Origin: Atractiella rhizophila
Taxonomy: Eukaryota
Length of the DNA: 53,867 nucleotides
Direction: 5' to 3'
Assembly: GCA_021432655.1 (NCBI GenBank)
Contig: MU271340.1
Coordinates: 32,566 to 86,432, forward strand
Shown here piece after piece: positions 11,166 through 23,876 of the stretch. Position numbers and translations under genes: made by a program. The notes under the pieces were generated by a model that was not told where the DNA came from, searched no databases, and saw only the letters and a list, made by a program, of their open reading frames with translations. Numbering within the stretch: position 1 is the stretch's first letter; each line of letters opens with the position of its first letter.

Positions 11166-14100
11166 TGGTGCATGTCTGCTAGTCCCACATCAGAGGCTAC
11201 AGCATGAGTCACCATGACTCACAGGTCCCAAATCTCAGAAATTTTTTCCCGTCATCCTGCTTCTGAAGTTCTGGCTCCTCACATGCATATGTGTGAGCTG
11301 CCCCCAGTGAACTGCATTAATGTATTCACACTGTTCATAGTATTAAATGGAAACTCTAGTATATGTACAAACCCTCAAGCCTGAACCTCCTGCTCCCCTC
11401 TCGCTGTGACTACTTCTGGAACACGTCGGTGTGATGAATACTTGTGCACTGGGAATCCAGCTTGCACGACATCCTTCCCCTCAGCATAAGCTTGGATCCA
11501 TCTGTGAGTTCTTCTCTCAAACTTTCTGATGGTGGACAGTTGCATAGACTTGAGAGCCGCATATATGTTCTCCTTTAATCCTTCAAAGGTGTACTGGCAG
11601 TTTTCTGCTTGAAGTAATCAGTAACTTGTCAACATCCGGAGAAGCTGCAAACCTCTAAGGTAGTACTTCATTCTTCCCAAAAAAAACTCAATGAAATTAA
11701 GCTCACAATGAAACTTCGGAAGCATTAAGGCATAATGCCCAGCTGCTTCAATTGCTTCAACCGCTGCTCCTTTTTGGGCATGGAAGTCAGGCTGTGATGC
11801 AAGTAAATGCTCTGTGCCATGAAATGAGTATTGGATGGTGGAATGTAAGATGTTACTCACCAGCACAACATGTATGGTCTGCTTGATGGTCGGTTGCTTG
11901 CTTGCATCGACCTTTCAGACCCTCCTCCAGCCAAAAGCCTCGTTCCTTCAACACCAGCTCCATTCCCTTCGGTTTTCCAGCGTCAGGGTGACCGGGGGGG
12001 CATATCATTGACTGCCCAATCCTCTGCCTATCCCTCATGAACCATCCATCCCGCATAATCCGAGCATTTTTCCCACCAGCACTGGATGTTAACAATGAAT
12101 GCCACAGAGGAATAGGAGTGGCCCACCGGGTCTCAAATTCATGTCAGATGCTCTCAGTGCATCTGCTGCAAAATGATTATGACCTTGGGAATTATCAATC
12201 AACACCATCACCCTTTGATTGGGGTGGAGCCGTTCAAAAACAGGAATAAACTTTTCTGTAAACTATACAATTTTAGTGAAGTTCTGATAGTCTCATATGA
12301 CGTACCTGCTTAAGCATTTTCTCTCCAGTCCAGAACCCTTCATGGTTCTTACCATACTCCAACTGTTCTCCACACTCTTCCAACCAACCGTATGTTGAGC
12401 AAATAAAATCTGAACAATGTATCCCTTGGCCCTGCCCCTTCTTCCGTAGCTTTGCTTGACCATCCAGAATCCAGCAGTGTTTCTTTCCGTCATTGGCAGT
12501 ACACGTCGACTCATCATGCGCGACAAGGACGATAGGCTGAGTTTCGGGGGGCAGTGGTTTCTTCACTTCAAGGTTAACGTCCTCAGAAGACCATTCGTGC
12601 AGTCGAGGCAGGAAACTTTGGAAGGTTGTATGAAAACCTTCTGACGACATTCAACAACATCAGGTCGCTCATGGCCACTGCTCAACTCCAATCAGCACAT
12701 TATGCATATGTGAAAGTAATGATGTACTCATAATATAGTCCTTTTTTGTACTCTGTCCATCGAAACCCTTCACGCCACAACCATTTCCTTGCAGTCTGTA
12801 ACGAAATCCCCCGTTTCGGCTTCCACCCAGCATTGGGAAAGAAAGTCTCCTCCAGATAGCCCTTCAGCCTTATTGGCATCTCATTGTGCAACTCCTCTCT
12901 CATTGATTTCTCAAGCTGAGATGGATTCAATACATTCTGAGAATAGGCCGCCAATTTGGCTGGATCCATGTTTTCCTTTTCCTGCTGAACCCAAGCTCTC
13001 AGCATCTCATAATGCTCTAGATCATTCAACAAAGAGAAGGTTTTCACATGTTGGCCTTGCAGATCATCAGCTTGCAATGTCCAAAGGTTAGCACAGGAAG
13101 ACAAACCATGGTTAGACATAGGGAGTGCTCCTTGCTCAGTTTCAAACCGGTCCGCCCAGCTTCGGATGTTCTTCGCTCCATAAGACATCCCGAAACGATG
13201 AGCTGTGGCCGCTGTCTGCCATGCCTTGAGACGGGTATACCTGCCAGTCTTCATGAGGTTGAAGAAGCACTCCAATGCTCGAACTCGACGTGCTTGGAGC
13301 TCAGTCTCGAATTTCTGTTTCTTAGCAACCTCCCCGCCATCTCCGCGCCTGTTGCATACCGCCCCAGCCGTGCTTGGCGCCGCTCAAACGCTTCGCTTTG
13401 CACATATCGCCGTCGTTGTCTCTTGCATGGGGGAGGGAGAGAGGGATCAGAAAGGGAGGCAGGGTTGGTGTTGCAGTGTCCGAGAGGTGGTTTCTGTGGT
13501 CGTCTCTCGTCGGAATCAGTTTCATCGTCGTCAGGTGAGTCTTCATTCTCCTCGGCTGATGAAATGATAAACGTCCGAATATTCAATGGATCATCGAGAG
13601 GAGAAGGAGGTGAGGTTGCGAGGGTAGGTGCCGTACTGTGCTGGCCATCGTCTTCGTGAGCCACTGGGACGTCAGGAGTGGTGTGGGGAATGGAGTAAGG
13701 CGGTGGAAGAGGCCGGTTGTCGATGAGGAAGGCTTTGAGCGGGCAGCATGTCTTTGCTTCCCTGAAAAACCGATCAGCGCCAGCTTTGGTGCTCAAAGAG
13801 ATTGAGAAAGGAGAGGGGAAAATAAAAATACAAACTGTTACAGCAATTCTTGCTTTTTTTTACGGTTATGGCAGGTTTGCTTTGGCACCTTCATACCAAC
13901 GTTGTATCCTGAAGAGCGGCCCAATGCCTTTTCTCCCTTCTTCTGATTCAACTCTCGCCCTCCCTCAGATATCAACTCAGCAAAAATGCCCGGAAGTTGT
14001 GCTTTAGCTTCTGCAATGAGTATCTGTCCTTCAGCAGTTTCAGGAGCAAGCTCATTGGCACTCTCTTCTGATGCAGATTCACCCTCAGAGTCAGAACTTT

Positions 14101-14771
14101 GCTCTGATGAAGCCCAACTTGCATCATCAAAGGTTCCGAAGCAATTCAAAGTCTCTTCATGCTCGCTGTAAGAAGAGATCCCAAAAGGTTCAGGCAATGG
14201 AGCATCTGCTAATGTGAGGATCTCGCTTTTTTCATCAGAAGAATCTGAGAAAAGTAACCAGGGGTCTGTAACAGATCCTTCCAGTATCTTCAGAGCGTTT
14301 CGCTGCTGACTCTTCACAGCTTTAGCTGCCCTTGCTGTGACAAGCTTTTGGTCACGAGCTTTCATGCTCTTTGAGCGTCTCCCCATGCCGCTGAAAGATT
14401 TGGCGGAGGGGGAAATGGAAAAGAAAGAAGGGAAACGTCGAAGTTGCAGACAATTGGAGCCTGAGGACTTGTGTTTGTGCGCTAATGTAGCACCGGAACC
14501 GAAATCGGCCGTTCGGAGCCGAACGCCGACATCGGAACTAACTTTGCCGAAGTACACTGGAGACGTACAACGGCCTATCCCAATCACAAGATCTTTGAAA
14601 ATAAAAACTTTGCTGGAAGTCAACCAATAAAAAATCTGTCTTACAAAACTCTTCTAAATACACCAAATAATCTATATGTAAGACAGATTGTTGAAATGTT
14701 CACTCTGGGAGTCACGATTTTGGAATGACTCATGTTGTAGCCTCTGATGCGGGACTAACGGACCTGCAGCA
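11166..14771 (-). mobile_element. Tc1/mariner-IS630-like DNA transposon TE1
   Basis: ~46-bp imperfect TIRs (TGGTGCATGTCTGCTAGTCCCACATCAGAGGCTACAGCATGAGTCA). TA duplicated at 11164-11165 and 14772-14773. Removal restores Helitron WPEI(I)EALLPG. Confidence 0.92.
11375..14386 (-). pseudogene. Intron-containing DDE transposase pseudogene of TE1
   Basis: Motifs ISLQTARKWL..GFRW..YKKGLY, VLVAHDEST..ANDG, YGKNHEGFWTG, LPKFHCELNFIE and YSSHRRVP. Long acidic/low-complexity N-terminus. Frameshifts present. Confidence 0.85.
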
Positions 14772-17700
14772 TAGAAGCTCTACTTCCTGGGCAAACAGCT
14801 GCTGATCAACCAGACTTGGTCTCTAGAGTTTTCAACGCAAAGGTGAAGGCTTACATGCAGGACATCAAGGATAACTCAATCTTCGGACGGTCAGTCGGCT
14901 TCGTCTGGGTCATTGAATTTCAGAAAGTGGTCTTCCTCATGCTCACATCCTTATCATCCTCAATCCTGAAGATACCATCAGGGATGTCGAGGCAATCGAC
15001 CGCATAGTGTCTGCCGAATTGCCTGACAAGGATACCGACCCTGTCTGCAATCATATGCTTCATGGACCGTGTGGAGATATTAACCCAGATGCTCCATGCA
15101 TGATAGATGATCCTAAAAATCCTGGAAGAAAGATCTGTGGCAAAGGGTTTCCGAAGCCATTCGTGGAAGAGACAGGCATTAACGAGGATGGCTATCCCAC
15201 CTACCGTCGCCATAACAATGGGCGTACCTTTCAGAAATCACGGAATGGATTTATTTACGACAATCGTTGGGTCGTACTGTTTAATGCTTATGTCCTTCGG
15301 CGCTTTATAGCTCATATCAATGTGGAACTTTGCATCTCCATCAAATCAATCAAATACCTCTTCAAATACATCTAAAAAGGAAATGATCGGGCGCAAGCTG
15401 TCCTTCATAGCGCCCGAGGTGATGTTAGGGTAGTGGATGAGATTCAAGAGTACTTGGATGCTAGATTCATCGGATCTTCTGAAGGTAAGTGTTAACAACT
15501 ACTCCTGAGATGACATTAGGGCTTATTTGATACAATTTACAGCCTGTTATAGGATTTTCCATTTTACTTTACACCAGCATTTTCCTGTGGTTATTCGATT
15601 GGCAGTACACCTCCCTGATCAGCATTCTGTGACCTTTCATCCTCAGGATGAGTCCCTGGGTGACATTCTTGGCCAGAACAACATTGTTAAAACAATGTTG
15701 ACAGAGTTCTTCACTTACTGTCGGGAAAACCCCAACATTACTGAAGACCTTACCTATCCTAAGGCTCCTCAATTCCTTACCTGGAAGGCAGGATCACGCT
15801 CTTGGAAAATCCAGGAGAGACAAGAAGCCATCGGCTGTATCTACTATGTCGCGCCATCACAAGGGGAGTCATTCTATCTCCGAATGCTTCTGTATCAGGT
15901 CGCCAGCCCAAAATCTTTTGAAGATATTCGACCAGTTGAGGGAACTATTTATGAGACTTTCAAGGCTACATGTTTGGCTCTTGGGTTCTTAGAAATTGAC
16001 GAAGAATGGGACTATTGTCTCAATAAAGCCAGCACAGTCAAGAATGGCTTTGCGATGCGATCTCTGTGTGTCTACATCCTGCTATTTGGAGTCGCCAGCG
16101 AACCCAGAAGATTATGGGACAGCCATCATGAGCAAGTCAGTGACGATTGTAAACACCTTCTACATACAAAATATGGTGTAGACAATCCAACGAACGGGCA
16201 AATTATCAGCCTCTGCCTCCTCGAAATTGAAGATCTCCTCCAAGCTCATGGTAAATCCCTAAGTAACTTTGGACTACCACAACCCGCAGAGCGACTAGAA
16301 AGATGGGGAGGTGAGACAAGGATTATTGGGGAAGAACTTGCATATGATCGACCACTACTTCACGCACATATTCAGACAGAGTTACCGTTATTAAATCTGG
16401 ACCAACGTCATGCTTATGACACGGTTGTAGAAGCATGGCAAAATGGAAATGGTGGATTATTTTTTATTGATGGGCCAGGAGGGAGTGGAAAGATGTTTGT
16501 TGAAAACCTATTACTTGCCAGGGTACGTTCAGCGGGAAAAATTGCGCTGGCAGTGGCCTCTTCCGGTATTGCTGCTATTATGCTGGAAGGTGGACGAACA
16601 GCCCATACTCGCTTCCAGATCCCATTAGACATTGAAGCTGATTCCGTCTGCGGTGTTACTGCTCAAAGTGATCACGGTCGACTTTGCCAAGAGGCAGAAT
16701 TGATAATTTGGGACGAAGTGGGAATGAGTCATCAATGGTGCTTTGAAGCAGTTGATCGGATGCTGAGATATATACGTAAGGTGGATGTGCCTTTCGGTGG
16801 AGTTATTTTGGTTCTTGGTGGTAAGTGCATCAAGTGTCAAAGAGTTCATGTCTGATAAATAATTAGGCGACATATGACAATGCCTCTCAGTCATCCCCAA
16901 ATCTTCACATGCGCAGATCGTTGATGCGTGTGTCATCAACAGTCCCTTTTGGCCAGCAGTTCCAGTCCTCCCTCTCACAGTAAATATGTGCCTGCTCTGT
17001 CGCCGGGCCGAAATGAGTAGCCGAGACTTTGCTATTGCCTCTGGCTTTGCTGAATGGTTGTTGTCAGTTGGTAATGGCGCAACAGATAACGCAGACGACT
17101 GTGGCCATGGTCCATTGACTATGAAGGGCCAAACAATAGTCCAGTGACCCCGTGGTCTGGACGGTCTCCTGACTGACATATACCCTGGACTGAGCACCAT
17201 AACGCAAGATGTCAACCCAGTCGAGTTGAGGCAATACTTTCAAGAGCGCATGGTCCTTACAGCCCGGAATGTTGATGTTGACATGATAAACGATCAGCTT
17301 ATTCAACAATTTGTCTCCCGACAGGAACGTATCTACCTTAGTGCTGACCAATTGATGGACGACAGTGAGAACATTCAACAAGGCTTCACAGTTGAATACC
17401 TCAATACTCTCAATATGATGGGGCTCCCTCTTCATCGTCTTCATCTCAAACTTGGAGCCCCTATCATTCTAATATGAAACCTCAATCCTTCAGCTGGGCT
17501 CTGTAATGGTACACGGTTGATCATCACCCAGCTGCTCTCCCGTGTCATTGAGGCTACCATCATTACAGGCGGATTCACAGGTACATCGGTCCTCATCCCA
17601 TGCATTGCATTGGATAGCAAGGTCTCCAATTCATTCCCGTTTACCTTACGCCGGTTTCAATTCCTTGTGAAATTGGCTTTCTGTCTCACCATAAACAAGT

Positions 17701-18863
17701 CACAAGGCCAGTCGGTGGAGACTGTTGGATTGTATTTGGACACACCAGTTTTTGTGCATGGACAACTTTACGTAGGACGTTCTAGAGTTTTGAACGCTAA
17801 GAATCTTTGAGTTTATTTACACCAAGTGCAAGGGATAGAGAATAGGAGGACGGAAAATATAGTGTACAGAGAAGTTTTGAATTTTCATAATCGGATACAT
17901 GTAGACCTATAATGAAATCATATAGATTCATACCAAAACCCATGTCCATATGTGCTCGCCGAAGGCGAGGCCCCACACAGTGGCTGCCAGCGGCAAGAGC
18001 TCCAGGCAGTGGCCGCCGGAGGCTGGGGTCCAAGGGCAAAGCCCCTGGCGAGGGGGATGCCTGAGGGACGAGGGCACTGACACACTTGTCCTTATATATA
18101 AAGTACGACGGGTTTTGACCATGACTCACACATGTACTTTGAGACCTTATATCACCGCCCACAACAGCCCTATCAAAATTCTAAGCATACCACAAGAATT
18201 CACGTGGCGTCGCCCTTCGGACCGTATACAGCAAAGCCCATTTGAAAGACGAAAAAAGTGTTTTGGTGACTAAGTCAGGTGACTTCTGAGCACTTTGAGC
18301 AGAATTTGCGTTACCTACTCAAAGTAAGGTGGTAAGGCATCAAGTTTATGTGGTGGTGTAGTTGGTGTACGGTTGAGATTTTAAGTTCTTGAGTGATTGG
18401 TGTTGGTTCAATTCTCAGTTATGTCACATTTTGTCACCGCCAGAACCCAAAGTGCAAGCACACAATTTCTTCAGGGCTTTCTGAGATTTCTCATGTCGTA
18501 TGCTAGGAACTGTTGTTTGCCAACTATGAGGGAAAGTGAGCAAGCATTCATACAAGTGAAACAGTTTCTTTCACCACAAATATGCTTCCTAACAATCTAC
18601 CATAGTATCTCTGAGCCCTTACCCTAAATCAAATCAAGCAAAAAAGGCATAGGTGTGTAGACACTGGCATATATATTCTTCACTTAACTTATATCATTTT
18701 GTTATGTACAGCAAGCTACACTCTCATGTCACGTGCAATTCAGAGAAATCAAACAAGAAATTGAGAGCGCTGATCCAAACGGGCTCAATGTCTGCAGCAG
18801 GAGGCACCACTACACCAAGGTTGATCTATAAGAGAGAGGCGACTTTTAATCCTACTCCACCTA

Positions 18864-21800
18864 TGGTGCAGGACACCTAGTCCCAACCTAAAATATGCAG
18901 CATGACTCATGGTGCTGGGGAGGTCCCAAATTTTTTGGCCAATTTTTTGGATCAAATTTGGTGAATTTTAAGTCAAGAAAAGTGAGGATGACAGGTCAAA
19001 TGTGCTGCAAGTCTTTCATCATGCATTGTTATAAATCATTATTCCAATTAATCTGCAAAATAATAATCATCCCTACTTGCTGCCTTTTCGGGAACTCTAC
19101 GATGAGAAGAGTACTTTTTAACCTGATAAGATGCATCAACCACATTCTTCCCCTCCGAGTATGCTTGCACCCATCTCAGGCTCCTTTGTTCAAACTTCCA
19201 TATTGTGGACAGCTCGACATACTTCAATGCTGCAGGGATGGTCCTCTTCAGTCCTTCAAATGTATAATCACAGTTCTCTAACAAATCATTTATTAACAGC
19301 AGCTCAAATGGTGAAAGACTTACCACAGCAATAGTACTTTATCCGACCCCAAAAAAACTCAATATAATTGATCTCGCAATGAAATTTTGGAAGCATGATG
19401 GCATAAAGACCAGTGGCTTCTACTGCTTCAATTACAGCACTTTTTTGAGCTTGAAAATCTGGTTGAGCTGCCATCCACCGCTCTAACGTTCAGTTAGCGA
19501 TACACAAAAAGAAGAAAAGATTGAGATTACTTACGGGCACAACACTTGTTGTCATCATGATGCTCTGCTATTTTCTTGCAGCAACCTCTCAGGACATCAA
19601 TCCGGAGCCTACGTTCCTTTAGTATCATTTTAATTCCTTTCGGAGTGCCATTGACATCAACCATAGGCTGTATAATCCTCAAACCGTCTTTCTCATACCA
19701 GCCAGGCTGAACTCTTGCTTGAACTCCTCCTTTAATTGAATAAGCTATTATTCTGAAGTATTTTAACTGAAAATACCTGCCTGAAAATACATGCCTGGGT
19801 TGAGAGTCATCTCGGTTGCTCTCAGAGCATCTTTGGCAAAGAAGCTATGCCCTTGAGAATTGTCAAGTAATAACAACATCTGTTTGCCAGGATGCAGCTG
19901 CTCAAAGAGCGGAATCAACTTGCTTTTTAACCTGTTTCACCAACATTGTTCATCTCGCAGTGATAGCAGGGTAGAGAAGGAGAGCTGACCTGATCTAACA
20001 TTAGTTCTCCGGTCCAAAATCCATCATGGTTCTTTCCATATTCAATCTGTACCCCCGCATCTGCAAGATGACCAAATGTCGAATTCCTCTTCCTTGTCCC
20101 TTCTTCCTAAGCTTTGTCCGACCCTCTAGCATCCAAGAATGGGTTTTCCCATCATTAGCTGTACATGTTGTCTCATCATGGACCACAAGGATAACCGGTT
20201 TGACACTGGGTGGCAGCACCTTGATGACTTCTTGTGGGTCATCAGTAAGCTAGTACTGGCGCATGCAGGGGAGAAAAGAAAGGCTGGGATAATAACCTCT
20301 TGACGATATTTGACAACATCTAGCCGCTCATGCCCACTGTTGAAATTAGAACACAATTCTTCCTTGAAAAAACACACTCATAATACAGCCCTTTCTTATA
20401 ACGTGTCCATTTGAACCCTTCAGTTTCCAGCCACCGACGTGCTGTTCTCTTTGAAATACCTTTAGTCAGCTTCCATTCGATGCGAGGAAAAAGCTTGAGG
20501 TTGACATAACTCTTTAGTCGGACTGGAAGATCCTTATTAACCTGTTTTTTTTTGGCATGACTCTCCAGCACAGTCGGTACCATATGCACCAGACTATAAT
20601 CAACAACTTTACTGGGATCCATGCTGAACTTTTCATTTCTCATCCAAGCTTACAACTCTTCTCTGACTTGGGGAGTTCGTAACAACGAGAAGGATTTTGG
20701 ATGATAACCTGTAGCAGCCACATAAGGCTTGATGGAGATATGAGAACTGGAACCAGACAAACCTCGAGCTGATGCAGGAAGCTCAGTTGTCTTCATGAAG
20801 TGACTGCCCCAGCTCCTGACACTCCGTCCTTCATAAGTAGCACCAAATCCATGTGCTGCAGCCGCTGTTTCCGAAGCCATCACGCGAGTATACTTCCCCG
20901 TTTGAGGAGATTGCAATATGACTCCAATGCACGAGTGCGGCGTGCTTGAAGCTCACTAACAAACTGCTTGCCTTCCAGCACCTTCCTTAGCACCTTGGCA
21001 AATTCTTCGTAGCGTTCGAGTTTCGCCTCTTGTGCTTGCTTGTTCTCATTTCGATTTAGGCCTGGTTTCTTAGCAGGTGGCTTGTCCTGTCGTTCAGGAG
21101 GAGTCAGCTTAACTCGACCTCCTCGCATCTTCTTCCTTTCATCTCTAGCTTCTAACCCACTAGAATCCAAGGTGACATAAATATCAATGTCCACCGGAAG
21201 GATGGGAGAAGGAGGATGAGGATAGTGCTTGAGTGGTGGTATGGGAGGGGGGTTGTGGGGTTCGATTACATTTTTGTGGTCATCAAGAGTGGAAATGGAG
21301 GAGGACGAGCTTGATCGGAGTCGGTGGCGGGGGATAGGGTGGAGAAAGGAGTAGAGGGACTTCGTATTCTTTGCTGCTCTACACCGACTTTAGTTGGTTA
21401 GCTAGAGCTAGAACCACAATTGGGAAGCAATGAACAACATGCCTTTTCATTGCCTCCTCCTTCTGTTTCTTGTTCCAAGCTGTGGACTTTGCCATCTTGC
21501 CCGTTCCGCCATATCCTCCGCTTCGTTTCAATTCTTTCTCAGCCGCTCTCCATCCCCTATCGGGCTGTTTTCCTTCTGAAAACACCTCCCAGACCCTCCG
21601 AGGGAGATCCTCTTCAGCCCTTTCAAGCAGCTTCAATCCATACACAGCAGCAGGAACCAATTCGACATTACTCGACTCCAATTCTTCTTCCTGGGCGGTC
21701 TCTTCTGAGGCATGGCTGAGGATATGATGTTACTTTATGGAAACTACTATTGAATGAGAAAACATACTCTGAATGCTCCAAGGATTCATCATACACTTGC

Positions 21801-22697
21801 TCTTCAACATCGTCTTCACAGCCAAACCATCGGTGACTACCTGTCCAGCATGATACAGATCCTCTAATTCCATCTCGTATTCCCCCTCTGCTTCCTGCTC
21901 CTTCAGTGTGTCTTCCATCATTTGAGCACAGAACACAAGGTCATCGCCATCAACCAGACCAAGCAAGCAGTCGATTTCGGCTATGGAAAGTGGATCAGGA
22001 GGTGGTGGGCAGTCAATGGACATTGAAGGGAGTGAAGGCGTCGTTCGGAGGTCTTTGGGTGGTGGAGGAGGTCTGGAGGTGGCAGAGAGATTGTGAAGTG
22101 TGGAGGATGGTTGGGAGGTACAGGATACGGTAATGGGGACAAGGATGGGGACTTTGTCCCCATACATTTCTCAACAGTCTTCTTTGTTCCATGAGAGCCT
22201 TCCTGCAGGGCAAATTCCTTTGCAACAAGTATTTGCTGCTCTTCCTTTCGTTTTGCTTGGCGACCGGCTTGAAGCTTGAGGATTTTGGCTTTCTGAGATA
22301 CGGTTGGGCGTCCTTTGCCCATTATAAATATGTTACTCAAAGGCAAGGTGTTCACAAAGCATTCAAAGCGGGTGACAAAGTTTTGTCTCAAGGTTGTGAG
22401 AGGTGTTTCGGAGCCGATATCCGACTGCTAGGAGCTGTTCGGAGCCGAAATTTACTCAGCTATATACGGGCCGAACCGGCTACTTTCAGCAATTTGCAAG
22501 CAATTCACATCTTTCCGAAATGTTCAGAAGTTGACTTGAAAGTGCTCAGCCGGAAATCAAGTTATCAAAATTCTGTCTTACGGTTTGCATCTTATAGGCC
22601 TCAATAAGCTATCTGCAAGACAAATAGTGCATTGGAGCTTTTTTCACTACTGACTTTTTGTTGTGTATTTTAGGTTGGGACTAGGTGTCCTGCACCA
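18864..22697 (-). mobile_element. Tc1/mariner-IS630-like DNA transposon TE2
   Basis: Perfect 32-bp TIR TGGTGCAGGACACCTAGTCCCAACCTAAAATA, related to the TE1 TIR. TA at 18862-18863 and 22698-22699. Confidence 0.93.
19048..22322 (-). pseudogene. Intron-containing DDE transposase pseudogene of TE2
   Basis: Motifs GISKRTARRWL..GFKW..YKKGLY, VVHDETT..ANDG, LLDNSQGH, LPKFHCEINYIE and YSSHRRVP. Frameshifted. Confidence 0.87.
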
Positions 22698-23876
22698 TAC
22701 TCCACCTCAACATGAGACGAGATCAACTAGGGCTCTACACCAGCAGCGCCGTCGAAGCTCTTCACTGTCTATATCGTCACGACCAGCTCGATGACATCGG
22801 AGACAGCGTTCACCCTCCCCTGAGGTGTACAGTGAAGAAGAAGTCCGATCACACCCATCCTCTCCTGATCCTGATGGTGTGGACAGTGAGGAGGATAGGG
22901 CATTAGCCCCATTGTTGCGAGGCGAAATAAGGCAACATCACTATCCTGCATTCAACTACTCACCTGATATGGATCTTGAGGCACACCACCTCTCTACTTG
23001 GGGATTACTTTGTACACATTGCAAAGCCTTTCATTGGATGGAAGAGAAGGTCGTTAACAGCCCACAACATAATCCAAAGTTTACATTGTGCTGTCTCCAT
23101 GGCAAGGTGCTGCTACCTGTTCCTCCACCTCCTCCTGAAGAGCTACGAAGGCGTTTTACACATCACAATACAACATGTAAGTATTTCTATTCAATTTATT
23201 GCGTATACATATCTGAGAGGAACAATCATTATAGAGTCAAAAGCATTTCGAGAGCATATCAGAGTATTTAATAATGCTTTTGCCTTTACATCCTTAGGCG
23301 TCTGCCAGGTATTAATTCCTGGACATGGTCCCTACTCCTTAAAAATTCAGGGAGAGCTGTGCCACCTTATTGGTACTCTTTTACCACAACAAGAAGGGTG
23401 TGAAACATTTGCACAGGTCTACATTACAGATTCAGCTGTACAGACTGAATGAAGAGTTGGCAACACTTAGTCTCAATGAATCGCAGTACGCTTGAAGACC
23501 TTCAGGCTATGCTCTTCTGTGTCAACCCATATCCCAGGATCTACAAATTTGCAAAAGAAAGAATGGAACAGGATCACACCACCACACTACATCTTCGCAC
23601 AGTAGCTCCACGAGATAGCGACCCAAGATGCTACAACATTCCTGTAACCAGCGAAGTTGCTGTGGTGATGATAGGAGATGGCAACAGAGAAGAATATGGT
23701 GTGGCTAGAGGTATCATCATCCAGCTCAGGACAACCATGACCGGTAGCAACTTACAGCGTGTTAATGAGCTCAACTCAAATTATCTTCCACTTCGTTTTC
23801 CACTTCTTTTTCCATATGCGGACCAAGGATGGCATCCGCACATTCCATATCGAGACCTGCCTGCAGATCTTCCTCC

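Larger units (their letters stand above)
9190..17890 (+). pseudogene. RepHel pseudogene, family B (Zn finger, HUH Rep, PIF1 helicase), interrupted by insertions
   Basis: Motifs CSEC..FHW..CCSLGK, FTTFTCNPRW, VIEFQK/GLPHAHIL, KYLFKYI, FFIDGPGGSGK, IIWDE and TINKSQGQS. Introns at ~15485-15542 and ~16821-16866. Several stops and frameshifts. Confidence 0.92.
8706..18088 (+). mobile_element. Helitron family B copy B1, full-length, with nested TRIM and Tc1-like element
   Basis: 5' end A|TCCTATATA at 8705/8706, homologous downstream to 49367 onward. Complete RepHel domain order, 3' hairpins, and ...CACACTTG|T at 18088. Confidence 0.9.
18089..23876 (+). mobile_element. Helitron family A copy A2 (5' half; 3'-truncated), interrupted by TE2
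   Basis: Begins TCCTTATATATAAAG. ORF from ATG ~18788 (MSAAGG...FNPTPP) continues after TE2 as TPPQHETR. Zn finger CTHCKAFHW..LCCLHGK. High identity to A1 from ~23230 until 23876. Confidence 0.85.

Noticed and set aside
18853..18863. 9-10-bp TSD (TACTCCACCT) for TE2, suggesting a Mutator-like element
   Set aside because: Explained by a pre-existing CCT-ACT-CCA repeat encoding PTPPTPP in the Helitron ORF. The sister element TE1 shows only a TA duplication.
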